64,000 bases of DNA from an uncultured Pseudomonadales bacterium (GTDB taxonomy: Bacteria > Pseudomonadota > Gammaproteobacteria > Pseudomonadales > CAZYQX01). Of the stretch, positions 43,675-54,573 are shown piece after piece. The stretch covers positions 11,839 through 75,838 of the forward strand of contig CAZYQX010000006.1 in the NCBI GenBank assembly GCA_964649985.1, given 5' to 3'. The notes beneath the pieces were generated by a model. The model made no database searches, had not been told where the DNA came from, and saw nothing but the letters and a program-made list of their open reading frames with translations. Position 1 is the stretch's first letter. Every line of letters starts with the position of its first letter. The translations under genes and the position numbers were made by a program.

Positions 43675-44822
43675 TGCATATCCCTCGTGAGCGCGACGCC
43701 AGGCAGACTCTTGTAAAGTGACAGCGTTTTTTCAGCAACCGCCCCCATGGAAAACTCACCCTCCACCATGGTTCGCCCGGCGCGCCCCATCTTCTCACAG
43801 ACTAACGGGTCTTCAATCAGCTGGCGCAAAGCAGGCACCAATGCTTCTGCACTTCTAGCCTCAACCAGCAAACCATTGACACCTGGCACAACAATTTCAC
43901 GACAACCTGGCACATCCGTGGCCACAATGGCGCGAGATGAAGCCGCTGCCTCCAACAGAGCCTTCGGCAGCCCCTCGCGATACGATGGAAGGCAGACAAT
44001 ACGGCTCTCAGCCATGACGGAGGACATGTCATCACACCAGCCTGACCACTCCACCACCCCCTCGTCCACCCAGGCCTGAAGTTGTTGCCGGGAAATGGCA
44101 GCGGGATTGGCATCATCAGCATCTCCCACCAGCCTGAAACGCGCTTCAACGCCTTGCTGCTGCAGCAAGCGAGCCGCCTCAACAAACTCCCCCACGCCCT
44201 TATCCCACAGCATGCGGGCGGGCAAAATCACAAGGGGGCGCCCCTGCATCGGTGGGCGCGCCGGAAACGCATCGAGATCGACCCCAGAGCCCCGTATCAA
44301 ACACAGCCTTTCCGGCGGCATCGCCAGGGACTCTCGCATGGCATCGAAATCATCGGGATTTTGAACAATCACACGGGTATTCGGCCTGGAGAACAGCAAG
44401 CGGAAGGCATATTTCACGACGCCGCGCAAAAGTGCTGTCTTGCGCGAGCCAGACACAAACAGGTAGCCAAGGCCCGCAATAGCGTTCACCACACCTGGAA
44501 CGCCTGCGCACCATGCCGCAACTGAACCATAAAGGACCGGCTTTATCGCTACATGATGGACGATAGAAGGCCGCAATCGCAGATATATTCTGACCAGCTC
44601 CAGCGTCGCCAACAACTCCGCAAAAGGATTCCGGCTACTGCGGTTCATACGAATAGGGATAAGCTTGATTCCAGCTTGCTCAATCACTTCACCATGCTTT
44701 TGCACCCGGGTCGCGACCGCCACGTCATAGCCGACGGCTACGGCCGCACGAGCCAAACATAGTCGATGAGATACGAAATACCAATCCTCAGTGACCACGA
44801 ACAACAGCAATGGTCGCTTCAT
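43671..44822 (-). CDS. Glycosyltransferase family 4 (CapM-like)
   Basis: FVVTEDWYFVSHR, RMLWDKGV, LPSYREGLPKALLEA. Confidence 0.92.
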   Translation of the reverse strand: MKRPLLLFVVTEDWYFVSHRLCLARAAVAVGYDVAVATRVQKHGEVIEQAGIKLIPIRMNRSSRNPFAELLATLELVRIYLRLRPSIVHHVAIKPVLYGSVAAWCAGVPGVVNAIAGLGYLFVSGSRKTALLRGVVKYAFRLLFSRPNTRVIVQNPDDFDAMRESLAMPPERLCLIRGSGVDLDAFPARPPMQGRPLVILPARMLWDKGVGEFVEAARLLQQQGVEARFRLVGDADDANPAAISRQQLQAWVDEGVVEWSGWCDDMSSVMAESRIVCLPSYREGLPKALLEAAASSRAIVATDVPGCREIVVPGVNGLLVEARSAEALVPALRQLIEDPLVCEKMGRAGRTMVEGEFSMGAVAEKTLSLYKSLPGVALTRDMQ

Positions 44823-45612
44823 ACTTGTCCCTCGTCTTTGCAACTCTCGTCATGCCCCAACAAATTAACCAATAACCCGCCCGCCATCGGAACAACGCTA
44901 GATGAACCATTTTAAAGATTATGAATAGCCACCATACTTTCATATGCCAGCAACAGCGCTTACAACAAGCTACTATCGGTCGGCAGGCAAATAAGGGGGA
45001 AGTAGAACACTAGGGAGTCCCTGATTGAACCGCCATGAGCAGGTAAAATTTACCCCGCCAATGAGCTTTGAAATGGACAGAACACGACAGGCAAGTTTTA
45101 AGGCATTGAGGTATGCGTCGAAAAAGCAGGAGACGCGCAAGGAAGGCAAGTGACCCAGCTTAGCCCGCTCTCCCGCCGGTGCTGTTCATGCCTCAGCCTG
45201 GACGCGCGAATCGTGTGCAACGCCTCCATGTAGACCCGATATTGCTGATAAAGCGCCAGAGTTCGAACGGAAAAGTGGACAGGCTTAGACGCTGACGCCT
45301 AGGCACCGATAACGCAGCTTGCGACGCAACAAGACACAGCCCCGCAAAGCAAGTCACCAATGTGGCCAGCCGACCAACACCTCAGGGATGATGCATGCAT
45401 ATGTGGTGCAGTCAGGCTTCACCCCTTGTGACGCTATTGAATTTCATCTGTAAGAGAGGCCCCAGCGCCCCCTGGCGGATCAGAAAATAACGCTGATAGC
45501 CTCTACGAAGTAATTGCTTCATAGCGATTTTCGGATACGACCATTGGAGCTAAGGAAGAGTAGTCTAGCGAACCAACATACTCGGCATCCAAAAGAGCCA
45601 AGACACTCGGAT

Positions 45613-47550
45613 TTACGACTCAATCGACTCAAGCCAGGACTGCAGCATCAAAACATCCCACAATTGGTACTGCCAATTCCGCTGCCCCGACAAATGTTCC
45701 CGCCACATGCGACGCACTGGCTGCGGATTCAGCAAGCCCGCTCGCTGGATTCCCCCCTCATCCAGAAGTGACTCGGCCCAATCCCGTAACGGGCCTCTAA
45801 GCCAACTGTCCAATGGGACACCAAATCCCATTTTCGGCCTGTCCATCAGGGACTTAGGGACATGGCGGTATAGCAACTGCCGCAAAACGTACTTACCCTG
45901 CCCGCCCTGCAATTTCATTCCAAGCGGCAGCTGCCAAGCAAAATCCATCATACGATGGTCAAGATAGGGCAGACGTGTTTCCAACCCAACGCTCATCGCC
46001 GCCCTATCGACTTTGCACAAAATGTCGTCCGGCAAATAACTCAACGCATCCACGACCATCATACGCGATGGGAAATCAACAAGGGCTGGCCAGCGAGCCA
46101 GATCGGTTACCAGGGTAAGCGGCTCCTTCCCCCCCCGTACCAAAGAGGTAGGCTCTCGACAATGAGAAACCAGCCCAAGATAAAAATCCTCTTGCCCAGT
46201 CGCACCCAAAACGCCGGCCAATTTATGTAGTTTATCGCCGGGATTACCGAACCGAAGGCGTGAGGGTAAGACTGTGGTCAACGCCCCCAAAACTGCATTC
46301 CACTGAGCAGGTGGAACACTAAGGAGTGCATTAGCAACTACACGGCGCAACCTTAAAGGAATTGAGGCAAGGCGCTGCCACAACCTCGCACCAATAAAAT
46401 AGCGGTTGTAACCACCAAATACCTCATCCCCCCCATCACCCGACAAGCACACGGTCACATGTTGGCGAGCCAACTTCGATACCAGCCAGGTAGGAATCTG
46501 AGATGAGTCAGAAAAAGGCTCATCGTAAATGGATGCCAATTGGGGGATCACATCTAAAGCCTGCCCTGCGGACACGCGCATTTCTGTGTGATCCGTCCCT
46601 AAATGCTTGGCAACCTCACGCGCATGGACTGCCTCGTCGTAACCCTTTTCATCAAAGCCGATGGTGAACGTTTTGACTGGCTTAGGTGCCTCCAATTGCA
46701 TGAGCGCTACTACAGCAGAGGAATCGATGCCACCCGACAAAAGCGCGCCAAGAGGAACATCCGCAAGCATCTGATCACGAATCGACTGGCGCAGCAAACG
46801 TTCTACTTCATCCACCGCCTCGGTTTCAGAGCCCGAAAACAACGCAATTTGGCCTGACTCCGCCACATGCCTTAGCGACCAGTACGGCACCGGTATCAAT
46901 TCATCGGTTGGTGATTGGAGGGTTAGTAGGCAGCCCGGCTCAAGCTTGCGAATACCCTGATAAATGGAGAAAGGCGCAGGGATATAGTTGTAGCGGAAAT
47001 ACAGTGATAACACGTCACGATCGATGTCCCCAACGAAGGCGGGGTGTGCTCGGAGAGACTTTAACTCAGAGCCAAACAGCAGAACACCGTTCTGCACACC
47101 GTAGTAGAGCGGCTTTTCACCCATCCTGTCACGGGCAAGCGTCAGACTAAGCTTGTGCCTATCCCACAAAGCAAAGGCAAACATTCCAACGACCCGCTTT
47201 AGCGCATCAGCTACTCCCCACCGCTCAATCGCAAACAGCAGAGTCTCTGTATCTGAATGGCCGCACCACGCATGAGGGCCAAGCTCCTTTCGAAGGGTAA
47301 GATGATTATAGATTTCACCGTTAAAAACGATAACATAGCGCCCAGATGCCGACTCCATGGGCTGATGGCCTGCTGGAGACAAATCTAAAATTGAGAGGCG
47401 GCGATGAGCAAGCACCACGCCATGATTTCTCTCATGCCAGACACCTGCATCGTCAGGGCCTCGGGAGCGAATAGCAAAGGCCATGCGCTCTGCTATCGAT
47501 TCTGCATCGCGCCCTCCTATTGGATTCCAGAAGCCGGTAATCCCACACAT
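45613..47550 (-). CDS. Asparagine-synthase-like glutamine amidotransferase (WbpS-like sugar amidation)
   Basis: MCGITG, RGPD, HRRLSI, LSGGIDSS, SGDGGDE, KVDRAAM. Confidence 0.92.
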   Translation of the reverse strand: MCGITGFWNPIGGRDAESIAERMAFAIRSRGPDDAGVWHERNHGVVLAHRRLSILDLSPAGHQPMESASGRYVIVFNGEIYNHLTLRKELGPHAWCGHSDTETLLFAIERWGVADALKRVVGMFAFALWDRHKLSLTLARDRMGEKPLYYGVQNGVLLFGSELKSLRAHPAFVGDIDRDVLSLYFRYNYIPAPFSIYQGIRKLEPGCLLTLQSPTDELIPVPYWSLRHVAESGQIALFSGSETEAVDEVERLLRQSIRDQMLADVPLGALLSGGIDSSAVVALMQLEAPKPVKTFTIGFDEKGYDEAVHAREVAKHLGTDHTEMRVSAGQALDVIPQLASIYDEPFSDSSQIPTWLVSKLARQHVTVCLSGDGGDEVFGGYNRYFIGARLWQRLASIPLRLRRVVANALLSVPPAQWNAVLGALTTVLPSRLRFGNPGDKLHKLAGVLGATGQEDFYLGLVSHCREPTSLVRGGKEPLTLVTDLARWPALVDFPSRMMVVDALSYLPDDILCKVDRAAMSVGLETRLPYLDHRMMDFAWQLPLGMKLQGGQGKYVLRQLLYRHVPKSLMDRPKMGFGVPLDSWLRGPLRDWAESLLDEGGIQRAGLLNPQPVRRMWREHLSGQRNWQYQLWDVLMLQSWLESIES

Positions 47551-48620
47551 TAATGATTAGGCCCCGCAAAAACGTCGTTCAACATATTGATAAGGCGAGG
47601 GGCTGCAACTTGCAGGCAATATTCATGCTCTACCAATTCCCGACCGCGCTGCCCCATTGCCTGGCGAATGAGAGAGTCAGCACAAAGCTTTCTTAGGGCA
47701 AGCAACCACTCATCAACAGACTCTGCAAGATAACCATTATCACCATCACACACCAAAGTAGCATTCACACCAACAGGCGAGGCAATCACAGGCACACCAC
47801 AAGCCATATACTGAATAAGCTTGTATCCACATTTGCCTTGTTCCCAGGGCGAATCTAGTAATGGCATCACACCTATATCAAACTGCTGAATCTCAGACAC
47901 CTCTGTCGCTTCACTCCACTCATGGCATTCCGTAGGCACGATCCCATCGCAGAATTGCGCTCCTACGACAACCAGTTTGATGGGAAAAAGCTCAGCGCAT
48001 GCTCTAATTGCAGGCTGAATAATTTCAAGGTATTTAACCGTTGAGGGCGATCCCATCCACCCGATAACCAGTTGGGTTTGAGGCGACTTTACCCTGACCG
48101 AGTAGCGATTAAGATCAATCACCGTCGGCAAAATATCTACTCGCCGCGCACCCGCTCGTTGCGCCCGCGCAGCCAGGTAGTTGTTGCCACACACAACGAG
48201 AGAGGCATAGCTCATGACCTTATCAATTTTTCGCGGCATAAGCCGCCTAAGACCGCTATGACTCAAGTCGTAACTGTGGAAAATTGCGTCATCATAATCG
48301 ACTACAAAAGGCACGCCACATACTTTCAAAAACAGCTCGAACCAGCTTGGCAGGTCGGGGAAAAGCTCCTTCTCAATCCAGAGCACGTCATATGCGCGAC
48401 TATCAAGTAGCGCATGAAAACGCTTCATGTAATCGATGAAAATTTGCTCCCATGCAGCTTTTTTTCCCGCATAAAGGCGAACCAAATATTCATCACGAAG
48501 CAGCGGGGAAAACACCACCTCGATATTGCTTCGTTGCAGATATGGAGCATATTGATATAAACGAAGTCGACTGCTGGCCCCCAAGCGACCATAACGACTT
48601 AATGCCAGCACGCGGAGCAT
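47550..48620 (-). CDS. Glycosyltransferase family 4-like
   Basis: YDYDDA-like VDYDDAIF, GKCGYKLIQYMACGVPVIASPVG. Confidence 0.88.
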   Translation of the reverse strand: MLRVLALSRYGRLGASSRLRLYQYAPYLQRSNIEVVFSPLLRDEYLVRLYAGKKAAWEQIFIDYMKRFHALLDSRAYDVLWIEKELFPDLPSWFELFLKVCGVPFVVDYDDAIFHSYDLSHSGLRRLMPRKIDKVMSYASLVVCGNNYLAARAQRAGARRVDILPTVIDLNRYSVRVKSPQTQLVIGWMGSPSTVKYLEIIQPAIRACAELFPIKLVVVGAQFCDGIVPTECHEWSEATEVSEIQQFDIGVMPLLDSPWEQGKCGYKLIQYMACGVPVIASPVGVNATLVCDGDNGYLAESVDEWLLALRKLCADSLIRQAMGQRGRELVEHEYCLQVAAPRLINMLNDVFAGPNH

Positions 48621-48622
48621 CG

Positions 48623-49570
48623 TCAAGCCCAAAGCATTAACTTGAGATTTCTAAGCCACCCTGACATCCAGAAACCATGGCGAAGAAGTAAATAGCAGCG
48701 CCGCATCAATCCAGACGAACCCAGTTTGATAAAGTCCTGTACCAGCATGCGCTGCCCTCCACTCATAAGTGAAGAACAATTAGCATAAAGCGCGCGAGCC
48801 TGCGCTATATGTGGAGAAAGATCAAATGGGCGCTGAATTTCTTTAGCTCGCCCAAGGAAAGCGGCTACACCATACTCTCTCACACCAATAGTGTTAGACC
48901 CATGCTGACGATAAAACACCAACTGTTCTGGAACGGGCTTTAACCCATCCTGTAGCGCAGCGACTAAAGCGAACCAATAATCATGCATGACAGCTTCAGA
49001 AGGAATGGGCGTAGCCACCTGGACCAACTCTCTATTTGCCAGCAGTGTACACCCTGTCACCGTATTTTGAATCAGCAGGTTACACAGGGAAACTCGTGTT
49101 GCATCCAAACGCTGATACCGCCACATTGAATCAGCTATTGGTTGCAACTGGTTTCCAACCACCCGCAAATCGGAATAAACCAGAAGCGGCATGTGAACCC
49201 CGCGAGATTGCTCCAGGGCATACATTCCCTGCAACTGCACTTCAAGCTTTCTTGCATCCCATACATCATCTTGATCGCAAAAAGCCACATAAGGGGCAGA
49301 TGAGATGCAGGCTAGCTTCGAAAAAGATTTCAGCGCCCCAAGACGCTCCTCATCCTGCAGAAAAAAAATTTTGTCAGGAAATTTTTCAACATAACGCTGA
49401 ATTAAGGCAACCGAACAATCTGACGATCCATCATCGCGAACAATCAGGCGCCAAGATGTCACTGTCTGAGACAGGATGGAATTAATCTGGGGCTCTAGAA
49501 ATGAGGCCCCATTATAGACAGACAGTAGAATATCAACCTTGACGCCTTCACACGTCTTTATGGCCGCCAC
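48623..49570 (-). CDS. Glycosyltransferase family 2 (start approximate)
   Basis: ILLSVYNGA, RDDGSSD, FCDQDDVW, MHDYW, YRQHGSN. Confidence 0.9.
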   Translation of the reverse strand: MAAIKTCEGVKVDILLSVYNGASFLEPQINSILSQTVTSWRLIVRDDGSSDCSVALIQRYVEKFPDKIFFLQDEERLGALKSFSKLACISSAPYVAFCDQDDVWDARKLEVQLQGMYALEQSRGVHMPLLVYSDLRVVGNQLQPIADSMWRYQRLDATRVSLCNLLIQNTVTGCTLLANRELVQVATPIPSEAVMHDYWFALVAALQDGLKPVPEQLVFYRQHGSNTIGVREYGVAAFLGRAKEIQRPFDLSPHIAQARALYANCSSLMSGGQRMLVQDFIKLGSSGLMRRCYLLLRHGFWMSGWLRNLKLMLWA

Positions 49571-50511
49571 ATGAGCCCCCGAATGCGACGAACGATAACA
49601 GCAAGGGATGACCCATAGTACCGATGGGAGAACTTTGCCTTCATTCTCCCTGCTCTCGACACCCATGGAGTTCCACTGTGCTTATGGATGCTACGGTAGG
49701 GTGGAACGTACCCTTCATCCATTTCCCGAGCTTTGGCAGAAAGAAGCAAAGCGTCCTCTAAACGATGCTCTAGCTGATAACCAAGTGAAGGCCTGAGCCA
49801 GCCTTTGCGAATATGGTCAAATACCATTTCTGACGAGATAAACCCGTTATCAATTGCTTCAAATAAGTCGCGCACCCAAAGATAACCAAATGGATGCCGA
49901 GCATAGATCCAAGGCTGGGTATCCATGTCAGTATAGTGCAGCAACTTTGTACGCCCCGGCACATAGGCTTCTAGCGAATTCCAATCGGCTGAAATACCAG
50001 CACGCTTGCGCGGTGCTACAACCATCTCATACATCAATTGTTCATAACTAAGCGTTTCACTATCAAGTTTCTGGATGATGTCTCTTATGTCCCACTTCAA
50101 CCCCTCACAGTTGAGAAGCATAACGCTGTATTGAGGCTTGCGCCCGCCTTCGGTCGGGTGATTGGCTGAAAGCAAATCATCACCGGCAAAATCTGTTTGC
50201 CAAAGCTCACTAATATCAGAAAAAACCTGCATATCTGAGTCGAGATAAATAGCTCGCCCCTGATGAGCGCATAGTTCGGGGATTATGAAGCGCTGGAAAG
50301 AAAATGGGGTGCGCGGCCAATTTTTCTGCTCACGAGGACGAGGTACTTCTATTCCTGCAGCGTGCATTGGAATAATTTCAACGGGCAATTTACTATGCTT
50401 AGCGATGGAGTACTCCAGCACCTTTACCGCAAGCATTTGCTCTTCCATGGTTGCAACAAACACACGCACAGGCCCTTGCATGCGCTGCTGCTCAGCATCA
50501 TGAAGATTCAT
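49558..50511 (-). CDS. GT8-like glycosyltransferase
   Basis: FSFQRF, RAIYLDSDM (DxD), SVMLLN, WNSLE, LLHYT, QPW. Confidence 0.75.
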   Translation of the reverse strand: MNLHDAEQQRMQGPVRVFVATMEEQMLAVKVLEYSIAKHSKLPVEIIPMHAAGIEVPRPREQKNWPRTPFSFQRFIIPELCAHQGRAIYLDSDMQVFSDISELWQTDFAGDDLLSANHPTEGGRKPQYSVMLLNCEGLKWDIRDIIQKLDSETLSYEQLMYEMVVAPRKRAGISADWNSLEAYVPGRTKLLHYTDMDTQPWIYARHPFGYLWVRDLFEAIDNGFISSEMVFDHIRKGWLRPSLGYQLEHRLEDALLLSAKAREMDEGYVPPYRSIHKHSGTPWVSRAGRMKAKFSHRYYGSSLAVIVRRIRGLMWRP

Positions 50512-50996
50512 CGTTCACCCCCAAAAAAAGCGTCACCCGTATCAAACTAGCGATTTTAAAACCATCCACCTCACTCACACCCGCCATATTACCGAAGCAG
50601 AAGCAAGCACGCACCTTATCAGGCACACAGATGCCTACCACTCACAGCAACCGTTAAAGCAGGGTCACTTGGCTTGGCCTGGCTGAGTAGCCTTGAGATA
50701 AACCAATACGCTTCATGGATAAACACCTCAAAAGGCAAAATACTGGCATTCTCCCAAGAGTAAGTCTCACCAGCACGAATACAATTCATGAAATCAAGGC
50801 AGACTTCGAGCACAGCATCAGCTTATCTAAAATGAAAACCTTTCCAAGCCGAATGCCACATTCACGACAACATAAACAAAGTTAGCATTCTCTTTAATTG
50901 GCTAGTTAAAGCAAAAACATGGTCGCCAAGAGAACCCCTTTCCTTATTGGGCAATTACCAAACTAAGCCAACATTAATGGCAAGGAAGAGCCCTTT

Positions 50997-52079
50997 TCAC
51001 TGCGGCAAACTCTGAACAAATCGCATCATTACAGAATAGGCCTCAATGGCCTTAGCTCTAACAGATTCAAAATCCGTGGCCAAACCCCGCTGCAAATCTG
51101 CTGGCTCGCAAAGAGGAAAACCAAGAAACTCAGACATGCCGACCGAACGCCCATCCACTGGCACGAGGACACTTCGAATAGCAAGGCTCAAACTCAGCAA
51201 GTGGGCATGAAGGCGGCTACCAACATGCAAATCAACACTGCGATATAACTCGCTACACTCATCAGCATTATGCGGGCACAGGATCCGATATCCTCGCCGA
51301 ACAGCATAATGCCTCAAACGCTGATATTGATTAGCCATAGGCCAAGGATGTGGCAGAACCTGCTGAAAAAATCGCTCATGGGGTTTGGGCGGTGAGTAAT
51401 TTTGGTGCAGCACAAGAAAACGTTCTGCCCTAGGAAACTCCCTTGCCACAAAATCAATCACGGCAGTTTCCCTCTCCCAAAAATCACCGCGCTCTGTGAC
51501 AGTGACCGCGACCCGCCGGGTAGCCGAAGAGAATGGAACGCCTTCCAATAAGGGTTGATCATATGCTACTGGGCACCCCGTCATAAGCAGCTGCCCAGAT
51601 AACTCAGGCATTTCGCGTGATAAAAACGCTATAGTCCGAGGGCAACGCCATGACGAATATTCAATATTCTCATGCATTGCACGGAGAACATCTTTGGTTT
51701 CACTAGACAAACAATCAGTTTTACCTGGCTCGCCATGCACCCCTATGGCAAACGGAAACAACCGCAACCGTCGATCCCGAATAAAATCTGCGGTCAATCC
51801 AGGCCAAACGGTATACCGATCATTTAGCTGATTTGCACCCGCTAAAATCACTCCGGGGGCAGCCGAAATCGCGGCTATCGCCGCCTCACTAAGCTCCACT
51901 CGCGGAGAATACGTAAGCGATTCATCAAACCTGCCCAACAACCGTTCAATGGCGCGCAAGATGAAACCATCGCCGAGGTTTACCACCTTTTGCTTTTTAA
52001 GAGAGTCCGGTATTTGGTATGGCGTTAAGACTGCAAGATGACTCGGCATCGCACGAACGAGATACTGCATAACATTCAC
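50997..52079 (-). CDS. Polysaccharide pyruvyltransferase family protein
   Basis: NLGDGFI near the N-terminus, GSRLHAHLLSL. Confidence 0.78.
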   Translation of the reverse strand: MNVMQYLVRAMPSHLAVLTPYQIPDSLKKQKVVNLGDGFILRAIERLLGRFDESLTYSPRVELSEAAIAAISAAPGVILAGANQLNDRYTVWPGLTADFIRDRRLRLFPFAIGVHGEPGKTDCLSSETKDVLRAMHENIEYSSWRCPRTIAFLSREMPELSGQLLMTGCPVAYDQPLLEGVPFSSATRRVAVTVTERGDFWERETAVIDFVAREFPRAERFLVLHQNYSPPKPHERFFQQVLPHPWPMANQYQRLRHYAVRRGYRILCPHNADECSELYRSVDLHVGSRLHAHLLSLSLAIRSVLVPVDGRSVGMSEFLGFPLCEPADLQRGLATDFESVRAKAIEAYSVMMRFVQSLPQ

Positions 52080-52627
52080 TTACGAGCAGCAGCGACAAGG
52101 TATGGATTTGGAAAGCGACGAACAATCACTTCATCAGTGACCTCCGCATATTCCTCAAAAAAAACCTCACGGACAGCTTGCTCACTGAACCGATAAAAAT
52201 CAGCGTTATATGCCATCCCATGGCGAGCATAGGTAAGGGTTGTATGCAGCTTATCGATGGGTAGGGTCATGTAGATTGGCACGCCAGCTACAAAGTATCC
52301 CCCAGGCTTCAATACGCGACGAATTTCAGCACAAGAGCGCCAAAAATATTTGTCGTGCTCAAGCATTGAACAGCTCAGTACACAGTCGAAACTTTCATCT
52401 TCAAACTGTAACGAATTGCAATTTCCAACCACCATCTCCGTTTCACGCAACGCGTCTGATATTTTGTCGAAACGCAAATTCAAAGCAACTTTACGGTAAC
52501 CGTCTAGCGCAGGTGCTGAAAGCAATGGTACTGAGCCAGCACCTACCTCCAAAACGGAAAGCCCGGAGCCCGAGCGCATTCTTGCACTCAAAATTTTTGA
52601 AAAAGCTTCAAATACCATTGGGCTCAT
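52076..52627 (-). CDS. Class I SAM-dependent methyltransferase
   Basis: VLEVGAG, FDCVLSCSMLEHD, RVLKPGG. Confidence 0.88.
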   Translation of the reverse strand: MSPMVFEAFSKILSARMRSGSGLSVLEVGAGSVPLLSAPALDGYRKVALNLRFDKISDALRETEMVVGNCNSLQFEDESFDCVLSCSMLEHDKYFWRSCAEIRRVLKPGGYFVAGVPIYMTLPIDKLHTTLTYARHGMAYNADFYRFSEQAVREVFFEEYAEVTDEVIVRRFPNPYLVAAARK

Positions 52628-53226
52628 ATTTCTACCTCTGTACTGGCCAAGCTTGCAGCTGGGTTAAACCTTTCAGACTTACAGAGCACAACCAGCGTCT
52701 TGTTCTCGTCTATAAGCTTGTATTCCTGGAAAGAAAAACCGTATAACCCAAGCTTTCCACCCAGTTCAAATTCACTCAGATGAGTGACCCACCCCAGAGC
52801 CTTCAGCTGCTCTTCGCTGTAATGTCCACCATTCTTAACCACGTGGCTAATCAGCAAATAAGGAGCGCTTTGGGCAGCACGCGACAATACATCATCAATA
52901 TTGTCGATATATTCCAACACACCAAGCATAACGATAGCGTCACCACCCGAGGGCAATTCGTCTTCACGAACATCGAATCGGGTTACGTCATCGGATTGAG
53001 GAAGTAAATCGTAGCCCCGATACTTTCCCATTACCCCTAGACGACTCAGTGCAATTTTTAACTTTTGATCACCGCAACCAATATCGGCAACATCAACGGG
53101 GCGCCCTAACAACCTTGATACGCGACCTAGGTAGTTAGCGCACAGCTCCGCTCGCTCCCACCATGGGGGCAAAGCTTGGTCACCGCAATTGAAACCTGGT
53201 TTAGCCATATGCTCTACAGCACTCAC
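52624..53226 (-). CDS. Class I SAM-dependent methyltransferase (start approximate)
   Basis: VADIGCG, YRGYDL, LGVLEYI. Confidence 0.8.
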   Translation of the reverse strand: MSAVEHMAKPGFNCGDQALPPWWERAELCANYLGRVSRLLGRPVDVADIGCGDQKLKIALSRLGVMGKYRGYDLLPQSDDVTRFDVREDELPSGGDAIVMLGVLEYIDNIDDVLSRAAQSAPYLLISHVVKNGGHYSEEQLKALGWVTHLSEFELGGKLGLYGFSFQEYKLIDENKTLVVLCKSERFNPAASLASTEVEI

Positions 53227-53256
53227 TTGAAATTATTCACCATGAAATGTCGACGT

Positions 53257-54573
53257 TTAAAACGTCTCCACATCCTCTATACAAAGATCATCCGCTTGAA
53301 CTTTTTCGATGATCTCACCGCCTGTAACGAACCAATCACGGGGCTGATAGTAGGCACAATTCTTCGCTCGACCGCTATCCCGCACCACTAATCGGTACTG
53401 GTCAACGACCGCCAAAATATCATGTACAGCACCTTGGGATATGCTGATCTTTACCCGATATACACCAGCTTTCAATCCTACGGCAGGTAATACCAAGCGG
53501 ACATCTAGCTCGCCTTCATTGAGCCTCATCCAGCCTTGATCACTGCTCGAAACCAGGAACAATACGGGTTCTGGCGACTGCGCTTCCAAATCGAATAGCA
53601 TGACGTTAATGCTGATTTGATCGCATGCGTGTGGGCACGAAAATGAAAGCACCATCTCTCCTGGCCGCCCGGTCAACCACCCTCCGAAATCTGCCGTGCC
53701 AGGAGTAGAAAATTTCAGGTTCGTAATCACCACAGGATCAGATCCCGCTTGCTGCGCTCCATCCACAAGTTTTTGACTTATCTGTGCATTGCCATCTTGA
53801 ATTCCAGCATGCATATCTTCGTCATATTCGCGCAGGACAGCACCAGGACTTCCTAGCGCCGCAATACGTCCATGCTTAAGGTAGAGACACTGATCGGAAA
53901 GTGTCTCGATCAAAATTGAGCTATGGGAGACCAACAACATTGATGTCCCCGACTTCCGAAGCTCATTTATGCGATTTCGACACTTCACCCGAAACTGAGT
54001 ATCCCCCACCGACAAAACTTCATCCACGACCAAAATCTGCGGATCAGTGTGCACCGCACAGGCAAACCCAAGACGCGAAAGCATGCCAGAACTATATGTT
54101 CCCAAGGGTGCATCTATAGCGTCCCAAAGCTCGGCAAAATCAACAATGGAATCAAATCTTGCTTGGATATCCTTGTAAGGCACGCCTAAAATTGACAGGT
54201 TAAGAAAAACATTCTCTCGACCAGACAGCACCGGTTTAAAGCCAGCACCTAGCGCTAGCATAGGCGCGATCCTACCTGCGACATCAATTCTACCGACAGA
54301 AGGATTCAAGATGCCTGCAATCATGCGCATCAGCGTGGTCTTTCCACTGCCATTGAGCCCTACAATACCTAGGCACTCACCTCGTTTGAGCTCAAACGAG
54401 ACATCTTGTACAGCCCAGAACTCCTTTTGACGCAGCGTAGGGTCGTCCTTACGCCCGGTGATGGCACGACACAAATCCTGTGCACCATAAATAAATGAAT
54501 GCTTTAGCGAGCGAGAAAACTTTTTGGAAACACCGCTGACCGAAACACAAACATCAGAAGCACTACCCATCAC
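53257..54573 (-). CDS. wzt: Polysaccharide ABC exporter ATPase with C-terminal Wzt_C-like extension
   Basis: GLNGSGKTT, YSSGMLSRLGF, VDEVLSVGD, VSH; about 190 aa beta-rich extension. Confidence 0.9.
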   Translation of the reverse strand: MMGSASDVCVSVSGVSKKFSRSLKHSFIYGAQDLCRAITGRKDDPTLRQKEFWAVQDVSFELKRGECLGIVGLNGSGKTTLMRMIAGILNPSVGRIDVAGRIAPMLALGAGFKPVLSGRENVFLNLSILGVPYKDIQARFDSIVDFAELWDAIDAPLGTYSSGMLSRLGFACAVHTDPQILVVDEVLSVGDTQFRVKCRNRINELRKSGTSMLLVSHSSILIETLSDQCLYLKHGRIAALGSPGAVLREYDEDMHAGIQDGNAQISQKLVDGAQQAGSDPVVITNLKFSTPGTADFGGWLTGRPGEMVLSFSCPHACDQISINVMLFDLEAQSPEPVLFLVSSSDQGWMRLNEGELDVRLVLPAVGLKAGVYRVKISISQGAVHDILAVVDQYRLVVRDSGRAKNCAYYQPRDWFVTGGEIIEKVQADDLCIEDVETF

